Assembly (NCBI GenBank): GCA_046290465.1
Contig: JBKAGP010000001.1
Span: 3,200,001 to 3,264,000, forward strand
DNA from: Planctomycetota bacterium
Lineage (GTDB): Bacteria > Planctomycetota > UBA1135 > UBA2386
Direction: 5' to 3'
Length of the DNA stretch: 64,000 nucleotides
The notes beneath the pieces were generated by a model. That model worked only from the letters and a program-made list of their open reading frames with translations. It did not search any database and had not been told where the DNA came from. Each line of letters begins with the position of its first letter. Within the stretch, counting starts at the first letter, position 1. The translations under genes and the position numbers were made by a program. Below are positions 26,293 through 36,394 of the stretch, piece after piece.

Positions 26293-27716
26293 GCTCGTCG
26301 GTTCCTGTTCTGCTTCGGGGCCGCGGAGTCGGCCATCCAGAGGTAGGCACAGGCGGTGGTACGGTAGGGTCGCCACGCGGCGGCCAGGCCTTCGAGTTCG
26401 CGGGCCGCGGGCACCTCGCCGCCGCGACACGCACCCGCGCCCTTGCGCAGACCGAGGTCGCTGGCCGGAAACGCATCGGCCTGGTCGAACACCCGCGCGG
26501 CGATCAGGTGCGCGCTCCACGGCCCGATCCCGCGCAGGTCGGTCAGCCGCGCGACCAGTTCGTCGAGGTCGAAGGCTGCGGTCAGGTCGAGCTGCCCGTC
26601 GGCGACGGTGCGAGCGAACGCCAGGATCGCCTCGGCGCGCGCCCGCGGCATGTCGAGCACGTCGGGAGACGCTTCGGCGAGTTGCTGCGGCGTCGGGAAC
26701 AGCGAGTGCAGCGAGCCGGTCAGCGGCAGCTCGATGCGCCGGCCGATGCGTTCGACCAGGCGGCCGGCGACCGTCGACGCGCCGGCGACGCTGACCTGCT
26801 GGCCGACCAACACCCGCACGCTGGTCTCGAACGGATCCCACGCGCCCGGCACGCGCAGCCCCGGGTTGTCGCGCACCAGCGCGCCGAGCAGCGGGTCACG
26901 GCGCAGCGCGCGCTCGGCATCCGCGTCGCCACGCGTCAGGCCGAACATGGCGCGCGCGCTCCGGACCTGGTCGAGGATCGAACCGAACGTCGCGAGGTGC
27001 AGCGTCACCTCGAGGTGCTCGCCATCGCCGGCGTCGCACACCTCGGCGACCCCCGGATGCCCGCAGGTCTCGATCGTTCGCCGGTAGACGCCGTCGACGA
27101 CCTCCTCGATCCCGGGGATCGCCCGGCCTGCCAGGTAGCCGAGCATGCGGCTTGGATCGATCACCCCGCCGTGCGGCACCCGCAGGCGCAGGCCGCCGTC
27201 GAGCGGGTCGAGCACGTCGCCGCGACGCCGCTTGCGACGCAGCTCCGACGGCGCGAACCCGAACAGCTGCCGCATCACGCGGTTCATCTGGCGGATGCTG
27301 GAGAATCCGGCCGCGAACGCCACCTCGGTGATGCCGAGGTCGGACTCGTCGAGCAGCCGGCGCGCCAGGTGGGCGCGGTTGGCGCGCGCGACGAAGTCCG
27401 GCGTCGCGCCAACCTCGGCCTCGAACAGCCGGTTCAGCTGACGCGCGCTGTAGCCGACGCGCGCCGCGAGCTGTTCGGTGCTGGCCTCGTCGAGGAAGCC
27501 CGACACCACCAGCCGCAGCGCCTGCGCGACGGCCGGGGTCTGCGCCGACAGGCCGAGGTCGGGCAGCCGATCGGGGCGACACAGCAGGCACGGCCGGAAG
27601 CCGTGGGCGAGCGCCGCGATCGCGTTGGGCATCGGGCGCACGTGGTCGGGGCGCGGCCGCGCCCGACAGTTCGCCCGACAGTAGATGCCGGTCGTCACCA
27701 CGCCCTCGATCTGCAT
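26289..27716 (-). CDS. alkA: Ada Zn/AraC + AlkA DNA-3-methyladenine glycosylase fusion
   Basis: TTGIYCRANC...GFRPCLLCRP, AraC HTH, AlkA-N domain, GQQVSV, LRGIGPWSA HhH motif, AFPASDLG, AWRPYR. Confidence 0.9.
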   Translation of the reverse strand: MQIEGVVTTGIYCRANCRARPRPDHVRPMPNAIAALAHGFRPCLLCRPDRLPDLGLSAQTPAVAQALRLVVSGFLDEASTEQLAARVGYSARQLNRLFEAEVGATPDFVARANRAHLARRLLDESDLGITEVAFAAGFSSIRQMNRVMRQLFGFAPSELRRKRRRGDVLDPLDGGLRLRVPHGGVIDPSRMLGYLAGRAIPGIEEVVDGVYRRTIETCGHPGVAEVCDAGDGEHLEVTLHLATFGSILDQVRSARAMFGLTRGDADAERALRRDPLLGALVRDNPGLRVPGAWDPFETSVRVLVGQQVSVAGASTVAGRLVERIGRRIELPLTGSLHSLFPTPQQLAEASPDVLDMPRARAEAILAFARTVADGQLDLTAAFDLDELVARLTDLRGIGPWSAHLIAARVFDQADAFPASDLGLRKGAGACRGGEVPAARELEGLAAAWRPYRTTACAYLWMADSAAPKQNRNRRA

Positions 27717-27935
27717 GGCCGACAGTCTTGCACCCGGACCGGCTCGATGCTGGCCGGATTCGGACATGCATGCACACATTCCTCACTGCCGTCCGGCCGA
27801 GCCTTAACACGGCGCGCGAATCTGACGGACCGCCGCGATCCCAACCGGCGACGCCGCACTCCCCGACCGCACCCGCGTGTCGTGCGGCCGCCGAGATCGC
27901 CGGCGCCTCCAGATCATCCCGCAACAACTCGAGCC

Positions 27936-30275
27936 ATGAACCTCACCACCACTCCGATCGCCATCGCGGCGCTCGGCCTCATGACGGCCGTCGCCGGCGC
28001 GCAGACGCGCGTGCAGATCCTCCACGCCTCGGACCTCGAAGGCGGCGTCGACGCCGTCCAGGACGCGCCGAACTTCGCCGCCGTCGTCGAAGCCCTCGAA
28101 GCGGACGCGCAGAGCGGCGCGATCCCGTCGCTGCTGCTGTCGGCCGGCGACAACTACATCCCCGGCCCGTTCTTCTCGGCCGCCGGCGACTTCACGCTGC
28201 GCAACACGTTCCGGACCGTGCTCGGCCAGCCCGACGCCCGCGAAGGCGAAGGCCGCGTCGACGTCTCGATCATGAACCTGCTCGGCTTCGACGCCTCGGC
28301 GGTGGGCAACCACGAGTTCGACGCCGGCACCGGCGCGTTCGCGAGCATCATCGGCACCGACATCCGCAACAACTTCACCGAGGCTCGCTGGCTCGGCGCG
28401 CAGTTTCCGTACCTGAGCACGAACCTGGACTTCAGCAACTCGTCGCTGGCCGGCCTCTACACCGCGCAGATCCTTCCGAACACGGACTTCCAGGGCGACC
28501 TCGCGGACCTGGTCGCGGCGGCCAACGCGCCGAAGCTGGCGCCGGCCACGACCGTCACGCGCGGCGGCCAGACGTTCGGCATCGTCGGCGCGACCACCCC
28601 GTTGGTCGAATCGATCTCGTCGACGGGCGGCGTCACCGTCAACAACCCGGGTGCCGGCACCAACGACATGGCCGCGCTCGCCTCGCTGATCCAGCCGAGC
28701 ATCGACGCGCTGACCAACCAGGGCATCGACAAGATCATCCTGGTCAGCCACCTGCAGCAGTTCGCGCTCGAGCAGCAACTGGTGTCGCTGCTGAGCGGCG
28801 TCGACATCGTCATCGCCGGCGGCTCGGACACGCTGCTCGCCGATGCCGGCGACCGGCTGCGCGCGGGCGACGTCGCCCAGGGCAACTACCCGACGGTCGC
28901 AACCAACGGCGACGGTGACCCGGCGCTGCTGCTGAGCACCGACGGACAGTACTCGTACGTCGGCCGCCTGGTCGTCGACTTCGACGCCAACGGCGTCGTC
29001 GATCCCAACAGCGTCGTCGCCGCCGAGTCGGGCGCCTACGCGACCGACAACCAGGGCGTGATCGACCTGTTCGGCAACCTGGTCGACCCGTTCCTGGCCG
29101 GCACCGACGCGGCCGCGGTCAAGACCCTGACCGACGCGGTCAGCGCCATCGTCATCGCGCGCGACGCGAACATCGTCGGCCGCGCCGACGTCTTCCTGGA
29201 GGGTCGCCGCACGCCGATCCGCACCGAGGAGACCAACATGGGCAACCTGACGGCCGACGCGAACCTGTTCGTCGCCCGCCAGTTCGACCCCACGGTGCTC
29301 GTCAGCCACAAGAACGGTGGCGGCATCCGTAACCCGATCGGCTCGATCGGCCAGAACGGCGAACTCGGCCCCAACGAGGCCAACCCGCTGTCGGGCAAGC
29401 AGGCGGGCGAGGTCAGCCAGCTGGACGTCGAGAACGCGCTGCGCTTCAACAACGGCCTCGCGCTGCAGACGCTGTCGCGCCAGCAGTTCAAGGACGTGCT
29501 CGAGCACGCGGTCGCCGGCAGCGGGCCGGGCAGCACGCCGGGCCAGTTCGGCCAGTGGGCGGGCGTGTCGTTCAGCTTCGACGTCAGCCTGCCGGCCGGC
29601 AGCCGCGTCCGCTACGCCGCGCTGACCGACGCGACGTCGGAGGCGGTCGTCGTGCAGAACGGCGCGGTCGTCGGCAGCCAGCCGATCCGCATCGTCACGC
29701 TCGACTTCCTCGCCGGCGGCGGTGACGGCTACCCGTTCGACACGTTCGCGGCGGCCGATCCGGTGTTCGCCGACTTCGTCGAGCTCGAGACCGCCGGCCT
29801 GCCGGCCGGCGCCGCGACGTTCGCCGCCGCGGGCTCGGAGCAGGACGCGTTCGCCGAGTACATGCTCGCGAACTTCGCGGCGAGCGCGTTCGGCGCGGCC
29901 GACCGGACGGTCGCGGCCGACCAGCGCGTGCAGCAGATCGGCACCCGCCCGGGCTTCACGGTCGTGCAGAACCAGACGACCTCGCGCGACTACGCGGTCA
30001 CGGCGGCGGCGCCGTTCGCGTTCGGCTTCGTCTCGGTCGGCCTGCGCGCCGGCACCACGTCGTTCGACCTCGGCCTGCTGGGCATGCTGGACAACGGCGT
30101 CGAGACCCTGCTGATCGAGCCGCTCGGCCTCACCGACGGCAACGGTTCGCTGGTGGGTTCGTGGCCGGCGCCGTTCAACGGCACGGTCGGCCTGGTCGGG
30201 CAGGTCCAGCTGCTGTCGCTCGGCAGCACCGGTTTCGCGGCGGCTTCGACCGAATCGGTCGCGTTCGACCTCTAG
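27936..30275 (+). CDS. Secreted metallophosphoesterase / 5'-nucleotidase (alkaline-phosphatase-like)
   Basis: Signal peptide; LHASDLEG, LSAGDNY, GNHEFD, LVSHLQ, IAGGS, ETNMGNLTADA, NGGGIR, FLAGGGDGYP. Confidence 0.9.
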   Translation: MNLTTTPIAIAALGLMTAVAGAQTRVQILHASDLEGGVDAVQDAPNFAAVVEALEADAQSGAIPSLLLSAGDNYIPGPFFSAAGDFTLRNTFRTVLGQPDAREGEGRVDVSIMNLLGFDASAVGNHEFDAGTGAFASIIGTDIRNNFTEARWLGAQFPYLSTNLDFSNSSLAGLYTAQILPNTDFQGDLADLVAAANAPKLAPATTVTRGGQTFGIVGATTPLVESISSTGGVTVNNPGAGTNDMAALASLIQPSIDALTNQGIDKIILVSHLQQFALEQQLVSLLSGVDIVIAGGSDTLLADAGDRLRAGDVAQGNYPTVATNGDGDPALLLSTDGQYSYVGRLVVDFDANGVVDPNSVVAAESGAYATDNQGVIDLFGNLVDPFLAGTDAAAVKTLTDAVSAIVIARDANIVGRADVFLEGRRTPIRTEETNMGNLTADANLFVARQFDPTVLVSHKNGGGIRNPIGSIGQNGELGPNEANPLSGKQAGEVSQLDVENALRFNNGLALQTLSRQQFKDVLEHAVAGSGPGSTPGQFGQWAGVSFSFDVSLPAGSRVRYAALTDATSEAVVVQNGAVVGSQPIRIVTLDFLAGGGDGYPFDTFAAADPVFADFVELETAGLPAGAATFAAAGSEQDAFAEYMLANFAASAFGAADRTVAADQRVQQIGTRPGFTVVQNQTTSRDYAVTAAAPFAFGFVSVGLRAGTTSFDLGLLGMLDNGVETLLIEPLGLTDGNGSLVGSWPAPFNGTVGLVGQVQLLSLGSTGFAAASTESVAFDL

Positions 30276-30319
30276 CCACGCGATCGCCCGGCGCCGTGCG
30301 GCGTCGGGCCAGCGCGCGC

Positions 30320-32554
30320 TCAGCGCACGGTCTTCGCCGCGAGGTACTGCGGCGGGAACGCGTGGCTTGCGACCTCACGGCGCACCGCCTCGCGCTGCAC
30401 CATGTAGGGATCCGCGAGGAAGCCGCGCGCGATCGCGCACAGGTCGGCACGCCCGGCCGCGACGATCGTGTGCGCGTGGTCGAGGCCCTGGATGCCGCCG
30501 ACCGCCATCACCGGCACGCCGGCCTCGTAGCGGATCCGTTCGGCGAACGGGACCTGGTACATCCGGCCGTACTGCGGCCGTGACTCCGGCGCGTTGCCCG
30601 CCGACGACACGTCGATCACGTCGACGCCAGCGTCCTTGAGCCAGCGCGCCACCTGCACCGCCTCGTCGACGGTGAAGCCCTTGCCGTCGTCGTCGAACCA
30701 GTCGGTCGCCGAGATCCGCGCGAACAGCGGCTTGTCGTCCGGCCATGCCGCGCGGACCGCGCGCGCCACCTCCAGCGGAAACCGGGCGCGGTTCTCGAGC
30801 GCGCCGCCGTAGTCGTCGTCGCGACGGTTGCTGAGCGGCGACAGGAAGCTCGACAGCAGATAGCCGTGCGCCATGTGCAGTTCGATGACGTCGAAGCCGG
30901 CCCGCGCGCAGCGGCCGGCGCTGGCGACGAACGCGTCGCGGACGCGCGCCATGTCGGCCTCGTCCATCTGCTTCGGCACGTGCCAGCCCTGGTCGAACGG
31001 CATCGCCGACGGACCGATCGTCTGCCAGGCATCCGCCCCCCGCAGCGGCGCGTCGCCCTGCCACGGCCGGCTGCACGACGCCTTGCGCCCGGCGTGCGCC
31101 AGCTGCATGCCGATCCGGGCCGCCGAGTGGCCGTGCACGAAGCCGACGACGCGCTGCCACGCCGCCTCCTGTTCGTCGGTGTACATCCCCGCGCAACCGG
31201 GCGTGATGCGGCCGTCGGCGGTGACGTTGGTCATCTCGGTGAACACCAGCCCGGCGCCGCCGACGGCGCGGCTGCCGAGGTGCACGAAGTGCCAGTCGTC
31301 GACGACGCCGTCGGTCGCCGAATACATGCACATCGGCGACACGACGACGCGGTTGGGCAAGGTCACCCCGCGGCACGCGAACGGCAGGAACGCGGGCAGC
31401 TCGGTGCCGGCGGCACCGTTCTCCTCGGCGACGACCCGGTCGACCTTCGCCACCAGCTCCGGGTCGCGGGTCTCGAGGTTGTCGTGGGTGATGCGCTTGC
31501 TGCGCGTCATCAAGTTGAAGACGAACTGATCCGGGCTCTGGCCGAGGTAGCGCGCGCTGTTCTCGAACCACTCCAGGCTGGTCTGCGCGGCGCGCTGCAC
31601 CTTGAGAACGTCGATGCGGCGCGCGTCCTCGTAGGCCTCGAGCGCGCGCGGGATCGAGTCGACGTTGGCGGCGACCGCGTCGGCCAGCGCGATCGAGTCC
31701 TCCATCGCGAGCTTGGTGCCCGAGCCAATCGAGAAGTGCGCGGTGTGCGCCGCGTCGCCGAGCAACACGACGTTCTGGTGACGCCACGAGCCGCAGCGGA
31801 TCGTCGGGAACGTGCGCCAGATCGAACGGTTGATCAGCAGGTCCTCGTCGCGCAGGTGGTCGGCGAACAGCTCGCGGCAGAACTGCGCCGACTGCTGCTC
31901 GTCGAGCCGGTCGAGCCCCGCGTTCTTCCAGGTCTCCTCGCGACACTCGACGATCCACGTGCCGCGCCCCTGCTCGAACGGGTAGGCGTGCACCTGGAAC
32001 AGCCCCCACTGCGTCTCCTTGAATACGAACGTGAACGCGGTCATCTCCTTGGTCGTCCCGAACCACGCGAACTTGCACTTGCGCCAGTCGAGGTCCGGCT
32101 GGAAGGAGCTGGCGAAATGCGTGCGCACCTTGGAATTGACGCCGTCGGCAGCGACCACGAGGTCGTGGCTCGCGACCAGCGCGTCGATGTCGTCGACGAC
32201 GTGCTCGAAGTGCATGCGCACGCCGAACTCGCGGCAGCGGTCCTGCAGCAGCAGCAGCAGCTTCTTGCGCGCGAGGCCACAGAAACCGTGGCCGGTGCTG
32301 GTCACCTTGGTGCCGGCGTAGAACGTGTCGATGTCGGTCCAGTAGGCGAAGTTCTCGCGGATCCGGCGGTAGCTCTCCGGGTCCGCCTCCTCGAAGTTGC
32401 CGAGCGTCTCGTCGGAGAACACGACGCCCCAGCCGAACGTGTCGTCGGCCTTGTTCTGCTCGTAGATGTCGATCTCCGCCGACGGCAGACGCTTCTTGAG
32501 CAGGATGGCGAAGTAGAGCGACGCCGGGCCACCACCGATGCAGGCGATCTTCAT
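30320..32554 (-). CDS. Bifunctional FAD monooxygenase / Old-Yellow-Enzyme reductase (salicylyl-CoA 5-hydroxylase / 2-aminobenzoyl-CoA monooxygenase-reductase family)
   Basis: IGGGPAS, DTFGWGVVFSDET, GDAAHTAHFSIGSGTKLA, TSLEWFE; C-terminal NRVVVSPMCMYSA, QLAHAGRK, ELHMAHGYLLSSFLSPLSN. Confidence 0.9.
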   Translation of the reverse strand: MKIACIGGGPASLYFAILLKKRLPSAEIDIYEQNKADDTFGWGVVFSDETLGNFEEADPESYRRIRENFAYWTDIDTFYAGTKVTSTGHGFCGLARKKLLLLLQDRCREFGVRMHFEHVVDDIDALVASHDLVVAADGVNSKVRTHFASSFQPDLDWRKCKFAWFGTTKEMTAFTFVFKETQWGLFQVHAYPFEQGRGTWIVECREETWKNAGLDRLDEQQSAQFCRELFADHLRDEDLLINRSIWRTFPTIRCGSWRHQNVVLLGDAAHTAHFSIGSGTKLAMEDSIALADAVAANVDSIPRALEAYEDARRIDVLKVQRAAQTSLEWFENSARYLGQSPDQFVFNLMTRSKRITHDNLETRDPELVAKVDRVVAEENGAAGTELPAFLPFACRGVTLPNRVVVSPMCMYSATDGVVDDWHFVHLGSRAVGGAGLVFTEMTNVTADGRITPGCAGMYTDEQEAAWQRVVGFVHGHSAARIGMQLAHAGRKASCSRPWQGDAPLRGADAWQTIGPSAMPFDQGWHVPKQMDEADMARVRDAFVASAGRCARAGFDVIELHMAHGYLLSSFLSPLSNRRDDDYGGALENRARFPLEVARAVRAAWPDDKPLFARISATDWFDDDGKGFTVDEAVQVARWLKDAGVDVIDVSSAGNAPESRPQYGRMYQVPFAERIRYEAGVPVMAVGGIQGLDHAHTIVAAGRADLCAIARGFLADPYMVQREAVRREVASHAFPPQYLAAKTVR

Positions 32555-32621
32555 GGACCGCCAACTCTAGTGGGCGAGCACCGCCTCGGACAACCGGACG
32601 AAGGCCCGGTCCGCCCGGCGA

Positions 32622-33869
32622 TCAGGCGGACTGCTGCACCGGCTCGCCCGGCTGCGACAGCTCGCGGCCGGTCAGACGTTCGAGCAGACGCACGTAGCCG
32701 CCGAACTCGTTCTCCCAGGCTCGCTCGCGCGTGAAGCGCCGCGCCCGTTCGGCCATCGCACGGCCGAAGGACGGGTCGTCGTGCAATCGGACCAGCAGGT
32801 CGGCGAACGTCTGGTGGTCCCCGTCCTCGAACAGGCAGACCTCGTCGTCGTGGAGCAACGACTGCATGATCGACGTGCGCACGGCGACGACCGGCACGTC
32901 CATCGCGACGAACTCGGGCACCTTCAGCGACAGCGCCATGTCGATGTGCACGTCCATGTGCGGCGTGAACACGCCGACCGACGCGCGACTCATCGCAGCG
33001 GGCACTTCCTGCAGCGGCAGCGGCGGACCGATCTCGACGCGATCCGCGACGCCGAGCTCCTCGGCGATCTGCTTCAGCTCCTCGAGCGGCGTGCCCTCCC
33101 CCTCCGACAGCTTGCAGTGGATGCGCAGCTTGATGCCGGGGATCCGTTCGGCCGCGAGCGGCAGCACGCGCACGCACTGGTCGACTCCGTGGCGGTGCGA
33201 CACGGTGCCGAGGTAGAGCATCACGAACTCGCCCGGATCATCCGGGCCGGTCCACGGGTGCTTGACGCGATCGAACAGGGTCGTGTCCGCCGCGTTCATG
33301 CACGCGATCGAGCGGTCGTCGCGCACGGTGCCGCGCGCGATCGCCCCCTGTCGGAACCGTTCGGTCGCGAACACGCAGGCGCTGGCGAAGCGGTGCGAGA
33401 CCCACTCCTGGATGCGGATCGGCCAGATGCCCGGGTGCTTGATGCTGGTCTTGAACTTGCTGCAGTAGACCTCCGGCATCAGGTCGTGCACGTCGAGCAC
33501 GACCGCGCGGCCGAACAGCCTCGGCACCAGCGCGGCGAACACCAGGAAGTCGGGCATGTTGTGCACGTGCACGACGTCGTAGCGACGCGCGCGGAAGGTC
33601 AGCACCCAGCCGCACAGCAGCGTGAACCACAGGTATTCGAACAGGTAGCGCAGCGTGCCGCCGCGACGGCGCGACAGCGGCAGGCGCTCGAGCTGCACGC
33701 CGCGCAACTCCTCGCGCTTGGGCTTGTCGCGGGCGCGCAGCGCCAGCACGTCGACCCGGTGGCCGCCGGCCGCGAGGCTCTCGGCGTAGCGACGCACGCG
33801 CGCATCGCCTTCGTAGTAGGCGTGCACGACCATGCAGACGCGCAACGGTCGCTCGGATGCGCTCATCAC
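32622..33869 (-). CDS. Glycosyltransferase family 4
   Basis: DARVRRYAESL, VHVHNMPDFL, DVHDLMPE, KVPEFVAMDVPVV. Confidence 0.88.
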   Translation of the reverse strand: MMSASERPLRVCMVVHAYYEGDARVRRYAESLAAGGHRVDVLALRARDKPKREELRGVQLERLPLSRRRGGTLRYLFEYLWFTLLCGWVLTFRARRYDVVHVHNMPDFLVFAALVPRLFGRAVVLDVHDLMPEVYCSKFKTSIKHPGIWPIRIQEWVSHRFASACVFATERFRQGAIARGTVRDDRSIACMNAADTTLFDRVKHPWTGPDDPGEFVMLYLGTVSHRHGVDQCVRVLPLAAERIPGIKLRIHCKLSEGEGTPLEELKQIAEELGVADRVEIGPPLPLQEVPAAMSRASVGVFTPHMDVHIDMALSLKVPEFVAMDVPVVAVRTSIMQSLLHDDEVCLFEDGDHQTFADLLVRLHDDPSFGRAMAERARRFTRERAWENEFGGYVRLLERLTGRELSQPGEPVQQSA

Positions 33870-34594
33870 TCGATGGTGCCGACCGCCGGGCCGCCGAGCT
33901 GGAACGGCAGCAGACGACGGATGTAGAGTTCGACCCAGTTGCCGACCTCGGCGATCGACGACGTCTGCGCGTAGACGACGTCACCGGGCAGCAGCAGGAA
34001 GTCGGGCTGCTCGTCGTAGAGCACGTCCAGCATGTTGACGCGGAACGTGCGCTGGGTGCCGTCCGGGTTGATGCGGAGGATGCGGATGTCGTTGTGCTTG
34101 ACGGTGATGTCGAAGCTGCCGGCCATCGTGATGGCCTGCGTCATCGTCATGCCCGGCTGGTAGGCGATGGCGCCGGGCGCGTTGACCTCGCCGGCGACGT
34201 AGACCGACTGGGCGGCGGCCTCGGTCAGCTGCACGCCGATGCGGACCTCGGTGAACTCGCGCTTGTAGGCCTCGAGCACGAGCGTGCGCACTTCGCTGAC
34301 CGACTTGCCGGCGACCTGCAGCGGGCCGGGCAGGCGGCGCAGGTCGATGGTGCCGGTCGGCGACACGATCACGGCCTGCACGTTGTCGGTCCGGTCGCCC
34401 TGCTCGGCGCCCGACGTGGGCAGGTCGACGCGGACCGACAGGCTGTCCCCGGCGCGCACGATGTAGTCGCGCTGCATGTAGGCGGCCCACTCCATCGCGA
34501 CGGCCTTGGCGTCGAACGGGGGTGCGGACGCGCAGGAGGTCAGCAACAGCGCCAGCGACGCGGCGATCAGAATGCGCAGGGACTTCGTGCTCAC
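33866..34594 (-). CDS. Polysaccharide export lipoprotein (Wza/SLBB-type)
   Basis: Lipobox LTSC; YIVRAGDSL, SPTGTIDL, VYVAGEVNAPG, LLPGDVVY. Confidence 0.85.
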   Translation of the reverse strand: MSTKSLRILIAASLALLLTSCASAPPFDAKAVAMEWAAYMQRDYIVRAGDSLSVRVDLPTSGAEQGDRTDNVQAVIVSPTGTIDLRRLPGPLQVAGKSVSEVRTLVLEAYKREFTEVRIGVQLTEAAAQSVYVAGEVNAPGAIAYQPGMTMTQAITMAGSFDITVKHNDIRILRINPDGTQRTFRVNMLDVLYDEQPDFLLLPGDVVYAQTSSIAEVGNWVELYIRRLLPFQLGGPAVGTIE

Positions 34595-34810
34595 GAGTGG
34601 GATCTGGAATGGGGTTTCGCCGACGAAGGAGCACGACACTGGAATCGCGCGCTCCCTCAGACGATCTTCGACTGCAGCGGCACGTCGGCTGAAGCGCCCA
34701 CGACATCGAACATGTGGTCAAGCCAGCAGGGTCGACGTGCCGAGCAAAGCATGGCGGGTCCGACGGGGCCCATCCATGGTGAACCAGCCATCGCGAACCG
34801 GTAGTCGAAG

Positions 34811-36151
34811 GTGCTGACGCTCTTGTTCCAGGACCCGGTCCCCGCCCAGGCGGGGGCCGACTTCGGGGGATCCACCGAGATCCACCCCGTCGGCGTCATG
34901 GCGCTCGGGCTGCTGTCCGCCCTCGCCGTATTGGCGCCGCGGCGGTTCTCCGCGCTGCCGATCATCCTGCTGCTGTGCTTCATCCCCGCCGGCCAGCGCC
35001 TGGTCATCGCGACGGTCGACTTCACGTTCATCCGGCTGCTGATGCTGGTCGTGTGGTTCCGGCTGTTCATCCGGCGGGAGATGCGGCCGATCGTCTGGAA
35101 CCACCTGGATCGCGCGATGCTGCTGTGGGCGTTCGTGTCGGTGGTCACCGGGGGCCTGCTGGGCTGGACGCTGTCGATCCTGATCAACCGCCTCGGCATC
35201 GCGATCGACGCGATGATGGTCTACTTCTTCTTCCGGATGCTGATCCGGAGCCACGAGGACCTGGCTGCGATCGCCAAGCAGTTCCTGCTCAGCAGCTTCG
35301 CGGTGGCGATGTTCTTCCTGGTCGAGAACCGCACCCAGAAGAACCTGTTCTCGATGTTCGGCGGCGTGCCTGCCTTCACCGACATCCGCGACGGCCGCCT
35401 GCGCTGCCAGGGCGCGTTCGCGCACGCGATCCTGGCCGGCTGCTTCTGGGCGTGCCTGATCCCGTTCTACGCCGTGCGGGGCTTCTTGGGGAAGGGCTGG
35501 CTGCTGGTCGGCGCCGGCACCGTGGCGGCCGTCGCGATCATCGGCATGTGCGCTTCCAGCACCCCGGTGATGGCGTTCGCGTTCGGCATGGTCGGAGCCA
35601 GCGCGTTCCTGATCCGGAGCTCGCTGCGCTGGCTGCGCTGGCTGACGCTGGCCTGGCTGTGCGTGCTGCACTTCCTGATCATGAAGCAGCCGGTCTGGCA
35701 CCTGCTGGCGCGCGTCGACGTCGTCGGCGGCTCGACCGGCTGGCACCGCTTCCACCTCGTCGACAAGTTCTTCGTCTACTTCCACGAGTGGTGGCAGGTC
35801 GGCACGCTCGGCACCGGCCACTGGGGCCCGGGGCTGCACGACGTCACCAACCAATACGTCGCCGAAGGCGTCAACGGCGGCGTCTGGCGGCTGGCGATGT
35901 TCACGATCATCGTGCTGCTGGCGTTCGCCGGGATCTCGCGCAGCATGCGACTGCAGGCCGGCGGCAAGACCTACTGGCTGTGCACCTGGGCTCTGGGCAC
36001 GGCCCTGTTCATGCACTGCATGAACTTCATCGCCGTGAGCTACTTCGAGCAGATCGTCGTCCAGTGGAACATGCTGCTCGCCGCAATCGGCTCGCTGACG
36101 CTGGTTCCGGGTGCTTCGACCACCCGCCAACTGGCCCAGCTGCAGACCTGA
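34811..36151 (+). CDS. O-antigen ligase / Wzy polymerase-like membrane protein
   Basis: About 11 TM segments; RCQGAFAHAILAG; DVTNQY; sits in an EPS gene cluster. Confidence 0.75.
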   Translation: MLTLLFQDPVPAQAGADFGGSTEIHPVGVMALGLLSALAVLAPRRFSALPIILLLCFIPAGQRLVIATVDFTFIRLLMLVVWFRLFIRREMRPIVWNHLDRAMLLWAFVSVVTGGLLGWTLSILINRLGIAIDAMMVYFFFRMLIRSHEDLAAIAKQFLLSSFAVAMFFLVENRTQKNLFSMFGGVPAFTDIRDGRLRCQGAFAHAILAGCFWACLIPFYAVRGFLGKGWLLVGAGTVAAVAIIGMCASSTPVMAFAFGMVGASAFLIRSSLRWLRWLTLAWLCVLHFLIMKQPVWHLLARVDVVGGSTGWHRFHLVDKFFVYFHEWWQVGTLGTGHWGPGLHDVTNQYVAEGVNGGVWRLAMFTIIVLLAFAGISRSMRLQAGGKTYWLCTWALGTALFMHCMNFIAVSYFEQIVVQWNMLLAAIGSLTLVPGASTTRQLAQLQT

Positions 36152-36394
36152 CCGGACCAACCCGGAAACCGTGGCGGGCGTCGGTCGAGACGGACGCCGG
36201 ACGGGTGTCGGAGCCCGGTGCCATCGCGACCTCGACGAACCCAGGTCGAATCGGTGGAAAACCCGAGTGCGCCTGCAACGAAAAAACGCTTCAACCGTTG
36301 TCCCGCGGTTCGATCAGCGACCGATAAATCGAGCGGGTACCTCGTACCCGCCTGCACCACAACCACTAGTAGCCGCCGCCACCAACTCGCCGCG

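Noticed and set aside
27780..27812. Pho box upstream of the 5'-nucleotidase/phosphatase (CCTTAACAC)
   Set aside because: Only one convincing half-site, with no clear 11-bp-period repeat.
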